Part shown: positions 56,082 to 64,000 of the stretch, piece after piece
How positions within the stretch are numbered: the stretch's first letter is position 1
How the letters are laid out: each line of letters starts with the position of its first letter
Origin: the human T2T-CHM13v2.0 reference genome, Homo sapiens
Length of the DNA: 64,000 nucleotides
Assembly (NCBI RefSeq): GCF_009914755.1
Contig: NC_060948.1
Direction: 5' to 3' (one strand)
The notes under the pieces: generated by a model
Databases searched by the model: none
What the model was told of the DNA's origin: nothing
Seen by the model: the letters and a program-made list of their open reading frames with translations, nothing else
Made by a program: the position numbers and the translations under genes

Positions 56082-59000
56082 TTGAATGGAATAGAACAGA
56101 ATGGAATCAAATCGAATTAAATGGAATGGAATAGAAAGGAATGGAATGAAATGGAATGGAAAGGATTCGAATGGAATGCAATCGAATGGAATGTAATCGA
56201 ACGGAATGGAATAAAATGGAAGAAAACTGGCAAGAAATGGAATCGAAATGAATGGAGTGTTTTGGAACGGACTCAAAAGGAATTGAATGTAATAGAATGG
56301 AGTGGAGTGGACTCGAATATAATTGACTGGAATTGAATGAAATCACAGGGAATGGGAACGAATGTAATGGAATGGAAAGGAATGGAATCGAATGGAAAGC
56401 AATCGAATGGAAGGGAATGAAATTGAATCAACAGGAATGGAAGGGAATAGAATAGACGGTAATGGAATGGACTCGAATAGAATGGACACGAATGCTCAAA
56501 TTGAATGGACTCGAATGGAATGGAAACGAAAGGAATGTCATCGAATGGAATTGAATCGATTGGAATGAAATCGCATAGAATGGAGTGGAATCAAATGGAA
56601 TTGAATCGAAAGGAAAGGAAGCGAATGGACTGAAATGAAATGGAATGGAATTGAATGGAAAGTAATGCAATGGAATAGAATGGAACGAAATTTCACGGAA
56701 TGGAATCAAAATGAATGGAATCAAATCAATGGAATCTAATCAAATGGAATGGAAAGGAATTGAATGGAGTAGATTGGATTGGATGGGATTGGAATGAAAT
56801 GTACTGGAAAGGACTCGAATTTCATGAAACGGAATGGAATGAATTGGAACGGAATGGACTCGAATGGAATGGAATGTCATGGAATGGCATCAAAGGGAAT
56901 GGCATCAAATGGAATGGAATCGAATGCAATGGAATGTTATGGAATGGAATGGAATGCATTGGAATGGAATGTCCTCTAATGGAATGGATTCGAGTGGAAT
57001 GGAATCGAATATAATGGAGTCGAATGAAATGGAATTGAAAGGAATGGGATCGAATAGAATGGAATATATTGGAATGTAATGTAATGAACTCGAATGTAAT
57101 TGACTGGAATGGAATGTACATGAATGGAATGTAATCGAATGGAAAGTAATCCAATGGAATAGAATCTAATGCAATAAAACCGACTCAGATAGAGTAGAAT
57201 GTAATGGAATGGATTGCAGTGCAATTAAATGGAATGGAATTGAATGGAATGGAATGGAATGGAATGGAATGGAATGGAATGCAATGGGATGGAATGGTAT
57301 GGAATGGATAGTAATGGACTGGAGTGAAATGGACTGGAAAGGAATGGACTCAAATTGAAAGGGCTCGAAAGGAATGGAGTCAAATGGAATGGTCTGGAAT
57401 GGAATGAACACGAATGTAATGCAATCCAATAGAATGGAATCGAATGGCATGGAATATAAAGAAATGGAATCGAAGAGAATGGAAACAAATGGAATGGAAT
57501 TGAATGGAATGGAATTGAATAGAATGGGAACGAATGGAGTGAAATCGTATGCAGTAGAAGGGAATAGAATGGAATGCAAGCGAAAGGAAAGGAATGGATT
57601 GGAATGGAGTGGAATTCATTGGAATGGAAGGGAATGTAGTGTAATGGACAGGCCTGGAATAAAGTGGAATGCTACGGTCTCGAATGGAATAAAAATGTAT
57701 GGAATGGAATGCAATGAAACGGAATCGAATGTCATAGAATGTAATGGAATGCAAAAAAATGGAATCCAAAATCATTGACTGGAAAGGCTGGGTGTCGAAA
57801 GGAATTGACTCCAATGGAATGGAATCGAATGGAATGGAAGTGAATAGAATCGAACTAAATCGAATGGAATGGAATTGATAGGAACGGAATGGAAAGGAAT
57901 GCAATGATTTGGCATGGAATGGAATCGAATGGCATCGAATGGAATGGAATGGAATGCAATGGAATGGAATGTATTAGAATGTAATGAACTTTAATGGAAT
58001 GTACTCGAATGGATTCGACTGGAATGGAATGTTCTGGAAGTGAATGGACTCCAATGGAATGGATTCAAAAGGAATGGAATCGTACGGAATGGAATCTAAT
58101 GGAATGGAATTAAATGGAAATGAATCAAATTGAATAGCACGGAATTGAATTGAATGGAATGGAATGCAATGGAATCTAATGAAACGGAAAGGAAAGGAAT
58201 GGAATGGAATGGAATGGACTGGAATGGAAAGGAATCGAAACGAATGGAATGGAATCGAACTGAAGAGACTGGAATGGAATGCACTGGAATGGAAGGGAGT
58301 GAAATGGAAGGTTCTCGAAAAAAATGGAATCGAATGGAATGGAATTGAATGGAACGGAATTGAGTCGAATGGAATTGAATGGAATGGAATGGACTAGAGT
58401 GAAATGGAATCGAACCACAAGGAATGGACAGGAATAGAATGGTCTCGAATTGAATGGAATCGTATGGAATGGCATGAAACGGAATGGAATGGACAGCCAC
58501 GGAATGGAATGCACTCGAATGCAATGGAGTCGAAACTAATGGACTGGAATAGAATGGACTCGACTGGTACGGACTCCAATGGAATGGAATCGAATGGAAG
58601 GGAATCGAACGGAATGGACTCGAAGGGAAAAGACTGCAATGGAAAGGTCTCGAATGGAATGGAAATTAATGGAATGGAATGGAATCGAATGAAATGGAGT
58701 CAAAAGGAATGGAATCGAATGGCAAGAAATCGAATGTAATGGAATCGCAAGGAATTGATGTGAACGGAACGGAATGGAATGGAATCCAAAGGAATGGAAT
58801 AGAATGGAATGGAATCGAATGGAAAGGACTCGAATGGAAATCACTCGAATAGAATGCAATTTAATAAAATAGGATCAAATGTAATGGAATGGAATGGAAA
58901 GGAATCGAAACGGAAGGAATGGAGACAGATGGAATGGAATAGAACAGAGAGCAATGGTATAGAATGGAATGGAATCATCTGGAATGGAATTGAATGGAAT

Positions 59001-59625
59001 GGAATAATATGAAATGGAATGGAATGGAATGGAATGGAATGCCCTTGAATTAAATGGAATGGAATGGACTGGACTCGAACAGAGTGGAATGGAAAGTGTT
59101 GAGATAGAATGGAATGGACTCCTTTGGAATGGTGTAGTATGCAATGCAATCGACTGGCAGGGAATCAAAAGGAATGTAATCGAATGGATTGGACTGGAAT
59201 GCAATGGACTCGAATAGATTGCAAACGGAATGCAAAGGAATGGAATGGAATAGTATGGAATGGAATGGAAAGGAATGGAGTGGAATAGACTAGAGTGGAA
59301 TGGAATGGACTGGAAAGCAATGGACTGGAATGGAACTTTCTTGAATGGACTGGAATCAAACGGAATGGAATGCAATGCAATCAAATGGCATGGAATAAAA
59401 TAGAATGAAAGAGAATCAAATGGAGTTGAATCGAATGGAATCGAATGGATTGGAAAGGAATAGAATGGAATGGAATGGAATGGACTAGAATGGAATGGAT
59501 TCGAATGGAAGGCAAAGGAATGGAATCTATTGGAATGGACTGTAATGGAATGGAATGGAAGGGATTGGAATGGACTCGAATGGAATTGACTGCAATAGAA
59601 AGGATTCGAATGGAATGAAAAAGAA
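56082..59625. repeat. DYZ1 monomer 17 (3544 bp), divergent
   Basis: Many private variants at 56.1-57.3 kb. 15-bp deletion at ~59475. Confidence 0.9.
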
Positions 59626-62600
59626 TTGAATGGAATAGAACAGAATGGAATCAAATCGAATGAAATGGAATGGAATAGAAAGGAATGGAATGAAATGGAA
59701 TGGAAAGGATTCGAATGGAATGCAATCGAATGGAATGGAATCGAATGGAATGGAATAAAATGGAAGAAAACTGGCAAGAAATGGAATCGAAATGAATGGA
59801 GTGTTATGGAACGGACTCAAAAGGAATTGAATGTAATAGAATGGAGTGGAGTGGACTCGAATATAATGGACTGGAATGGAATGAAATCACATGGAATGGG
59901 AACGAATGGAATGGAATGGAAAGGAATGGAATCGAATGGAAAGGAATCGAATAGAAGGGAATGAAATTGAATCAACAGGAATGGAAGGGAATAGAATAGA
60001 CGGTAATGGAATGGACTCGAATAGAATGGACACGAATGCTCAAATTGAATGGACTCGAATGGAATGGAAACGAAAGGAATGTCATCGAATGGAATTGAAT
60101 CGATTGGAATGAAATCGCATAGAATGGAGTGGAATCAAATGGAATTGAATCGAAAGGAAAGGAAGGGAATGGACTGAAATGAAATGGAATGGAATTGAAT
60201 GGAAAGTAATGCAATGGAATAGAATGGAACGAAATTTCACGGAATGGAATCAAACTGAATGGAATCAAATCAATGGAATCCAATCAAATGGAATGGAGTA
60301 GATTGCATTGGATGGGATTGGAATGAAATGTACTGGAAAGGACTCGAATTTCATGAAACGGAATGGAATGAATTGGAACGGAATGGACTCGAATGGAATG
60401 GAATGTCATAGAATGGCATCAAATGGAATGGCATCAAATGGAATGGAATCGAATGCAATGGAATGCTATGGAATGGAATGGAATGCATTGGAATGGAATG
60501 TCCTCTAATGGAATGGATTCGAGTGGAATGGAATCGAATATAATGGAGTCGAATGAAATGGAATTGAAAGGAATGGGATCGAATACAATGGAATATACTG
60601 GAATGAAATGTAATGAACTCGAATGTAATTGACTGGAATGGAATGTACATGAATGGAATGTAATCGAATGGAAAGTAATCCAATGGAATAGAATCTAATG
60701 CAATAAAATCGACTCAGATAGAGTAGAATGTAATGGAATGGAGTGCAGTGCAATGGAATGGAATGGAATGGAATGCAATGGAATGGAATGGAATGGAATG
60801 GAATGGAATGGGATGGAATGGTATGGAATGGATAGTAATGGACTGGAGTGAAATGGACTGGAAAGGAATGGACTCAAATTGAAAGGGCTCGAAAGGAATG
60901 GAGTCAAATGGAATGGTCTGGAATGGAATGAACACGAATGTAATGCAATCCAATAGAATGGAATCGAATGGCATGGAATATAAAGAAATGGAATCGAAGA
61001 GAATGGAAACAAATGGAATGGAATTGAATGGAATGGAATTGAATGGAATGGGAACGAATGGAGTGAAATTGTATGCAGTAGAAGGGAATAGAATGGAATG
61101 CAAGCGAAAGGAAAGAATGGATTGGAATGGAATGGAATTCATTGGAATGGAAGGGAATGTAGTGTAATGGACAGGCCTGGAATAAAGTGGAATGCTACGG
61201 TCTCGAATGGAATAAAAATGTATGGAATGGAATGCAATGAAACGGAATCGAATGTCATAGAATGTAATGGAATGCAAAAAAATGGAATCCAAAATCATTG
61301 ACTGGAAAGGCTGGGTGTCGAAAGGAATTGACTGCAATGGAATGGAATCGAATGGAATGGAAGTGAATAGAATCGAACTAAATCGAATGGAATGGAATTG
61401 ATAGGAACGGAATGGAAAGGAATGCAATGATTTGGCATGGAATGGAATCGAATGGCATCGAATGGAATGGAATGGAATGCAATGGAATGGAATGTATTAG
61501 AATGTAATGAACATTAATGGAATGTACTCGAATGGATTCGACTGGAATGGAATGTTCTGGAAGTGAATGGACTCCAATGGAATGGATTCGAAAGGAATGG
61601 AATCGAACGGAATGGATTCTAATGGAATGGAATTAAATGGAAATGAATCAAATTGAATAGCACGGAATTGAATTGAATGGAATCGAATGCAATGGAATCT
61701 AATGAAACGGAAAGGAAAGAATGGAATGGAATAGAATGGGCTGGAATGGAAAGGAATCGAAACGAATGGAATGGAATCGAACTGAAGAGACTGGAATGGA
61801 ATGCACTGGAATGGAAGGGAGTGTAATGGAAGGTTCTCGAAAAAAATGGAATCGAATGGAATGGAATTGAATGGAACGGAATAGAGTCGAATGGAATTGA
61901 ATGGAATGGAATGGACTAGAGTGAAATGGAATCGAACCACAAGGAATGGACTGGAATAGAATGGTCTCGAATTGAATGGAATCGTATGGAATGGCATCAA
62001 ACGGAATGGAATGGACAGCCACGGAATGGAATGCACTCGAATGCAATGGAGTCGAAACTAATGGACTGGAATAGAATGGACTCGACTGGTACGGACTCCA
62101 ATGGAATGGAATCGAATGGAAGGAAATCGAACGGAATGGACTCGAAGGGAAAAGACTGCAATGGAAAGGTCTCGAATGGAATGGAAATTAATGGGATGGA
62201 ATGGAATCGAATGAAATGGAGTCAAAAGGAATGGAATCGAATGGCAAGAAATCGAATGTAATGGAATCGCAAGGAATTGATGTGAACGGAACGGAATGGA
62301 ATGGAATCCAAAGGAATGGAATAGAATGGAATGGAATCGAATGGAAAGGACTCGAATGGAAATCACTCGAATAGAATGCAATTTAATAAAATAGGATCAA
62401 ATGTAATAGAATGGAATGGAAAGGAATCGAAACGGAAGGAATGGAGACAGATGGAATGGAATGGAACAGAGAGCAATGGTATAGAATGGAATGGAATCAT
62501 CTGGAATGGAATTGAATGGAATGGAATAATATGAAATGGAATGGAATGGAATGGAATGGAATGCCCTTGAATTAAATGGACTGGACTCGAACAGAGTGGA

Positions 62601-63152
62601 ATGGAAAGTGTTGAGATAGAATGGAATGGACTCCTTTGGAATGGTGTAGTATGCAATGCAATCGACTGGCAGGGAATCAAAAGGAATGTAATGGAATGGA
62701 TTGGACTGGAATGCAATGGACTCGAATAGATTGGAAACGGAATGCAAAGGAATGGAATGGAATAGTATGGAATGCAATGGAAGGGAATGGAGTGGAATAG
62801 ACTAGAGTGGAATGGAATGGACAGGAAAGCAATGGACTGGAATGGAACTTTCTTGGATGGCTTGGAATCAAACGGAATGGAATGCAATGCAATCAAATGG
62901 CATGGAATAAAATAGAATGAAAGAGAATCAAATGGAATTGAATCGAATGGAATCGAATGGATTGGAAAGGAATAGAATGGAATGGAATGGAATTGACTCA
63001 AATGGAATGGACTAGAATGGAATGGATTCGAATGGAAGGCAAAGGAATGGAATCTATTGGAATGGACTGTAATGGAATGCAATGGAAGGGATTGGAATGG
63101 ACTCGAATGGAATGGACTGCAATAGAAAGGATTCGAATGGAATGAAAAAGAA
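59626..63152. repeat. DYZ1 monomer 18 (3527 bp)
   Basis: Shares rare markers with monomer 2. Two 1-bp deletions (~61115, ~61719) and a 10-bp deletion (~62580). Confidence 0.9.
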
Positions 63153-64000
63153 TTGAATGGAATAGAACAGAATGGAATCAAATCGAATGAAATGGAATGG
63201 AATAGAAAGGAATGGAATGAAATGGAATGGAAAGGATTCGAATGGAATGCAATCGAATGGAATGGAATCGAACGGAATGGAATAAAATGGAAGAAAACTG
63301 GCAAGAAATGGAATCGAAATGAATGGAGTGTTATGGAACGGACGCAAAAGGAATTGAATGTAATAGAATGGAGTGGAGTGGACTCGAATATAATGGACTG
63401 GAATGGAATGAAATCACATGGAATGGGAACGAATGGAATGGAATGGAAAGGAATGGAATCGAATGGAAAGGAATCGAATGGAAGGGAATGAAATTGAATC
63501 AAAACGAATGGAAGGGAATAGAATAGACTGTAATGGAATGGACTCGAATAGAATGGACACGAATGCTCAAATTAAATGGACTCGAATGGAATGGAAACGA
63601 AAGGAATGTCATCGAATGGAATTGAATCGATTGGAATGAAATCGCATAGCATGGAGTGGAATCAAATGGAATTGAATCGAAAGGAAAGAAGCGAATGGAC
63701 TGAAATGAAATGGAATGGAATTGAATGGAAAGTAATGCAATGGAATAGAATGGAACGAAATTTCACGGAATGGAATCAAACTGAATGGAATCAAATCAAT
63801 GGAATCAAATCAAATGGAATGGAAAGGAATTGAATGGAGTAGATGGGATTGGATGGGATTGGAATGAAATGTACTGGAAAGGACTCGAATTTCATGAAAC
63901 GGAATGGAATGAATTGGAACGGAATGGACTCGAATGGAATGGAATGTCATGGGATGGCATCAAATGGAATGGCATCAAATGGAATGGAATCGAATGCAAT
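63153..64000. repeat. DYZ1 monomer 19 (partial, runs off the window)
   Basis: Landmark start at 63153; the array continues past the window end. Confidence 0.9.

Larger units (their letters stand above)
1..64000. repeat. DYZ1: Human satellite III DYZ1 array (Yq12 heterochromatin), degenerate (GGAAT)n with ~3.55 kb monomer
   Basis: Seen: continuous GGAAT-derived pentamers. Landmark GGCC sites at 1597, 5135, 8708, 12276, 15839, 19398, 22925, 26494, 30047, 33595, 39783, 43352, 46925, 50499, 54082, 57651, 61174 (spacing 3523-3583, one 6188 gap). Known: DYZ1 is the ~3.56 kb HaeIII/EcoRI TTCCA repeat. The minus strand from the HaeIII site reads CCTGTCCATTACACTACATTCCCTTCCATTCCAATGAATTCC, matching my recollection of the DYZ1 consensus start. 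Confidence 0.96.

Noticed and set aside
62363-63502. Long minus-strand FHSIP-rich ORFs (305-379 aa, also 2820-3737 and homologues)
   Set aside because: They are translations of (ATTCC)n. Length varies from 208 to 379 aa with 1-bp deletions, there is no domain or splice structure, and the hydrophobic look is compositional.
33-63833. Plus-strand ORFs rich in MEWNG (60-134 aa)
   Set aside because: (GGAAT)n has no stop in any frame and encodes MEWNG. The ORFs recur per monomer, overlap in several frames and are broken at random by indels. Similarity to the SCA31 (TGGAA)n pentapeptide product is trivial and is not evidence of translation.
1-64000. CRISPR-like or repeat-spacer architecture
   Set aside because: There are no unique spacers. 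All non-pentamer stretches are degenerate pentamers repeated in every monomer.
1-64000. DYZ2 (AT-rich/Alu) blocks, retroelement insertions or strand inversions
   Set aside because: None seen. The plus strand stays GGAAT-oriented throughout, and landmark spacing leaves no room for insertions.
1-64000. Frequent CpG in TCGA (TaqI) context suggesting a CpG island
   Set aside because: These CpGs come from the common CGAAT pentamer variant in a low-C sequence. This is normal for HSat2/3 and is not a promoter island.

Overview
The whole 64 kb window is one uninterrupted, single-orientation tandem array of human satellite III. It is a degenerate (GGAAT)n pentamer repeat (TTCCA on the minus strand) organised into ~3.55 kb monomers. 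Each intact monomer has a landmark HaeIII/StuI site (GACAGGCCTGG) about 39 bp from an EcoRI site, which identifies DYZ1 (HSat3) of human Yq12 heterochromatin. There are 18 monomers (2619-3584 bp) plus a partial 19th. I found no genes, RNA genes, transposons, CRISPR arrays, DYZ2/Alu blocks or inversions. All listed ORFs are translation artefacts of the pentamer (MEWNG / FHSIP). I found no novel protein-coding system. The structure worth a second look is non-coding: (i) up to three perfect trimeric heat-shock elements per monomer; (ii) a 965-bp deletion monomer joined at a 22-bp homology; (iii) layered higher-order relationships between monomers (a ~7.09 kb dimer, ~31.1 kb and ~56.0 kb offsets, chimeric monomers); (iv) a divergent island at ~55-57.3 kb; (v) a deletion-only 1-bp indel spectrum. 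All comparisons were made by eye and need confirmation by alignment.
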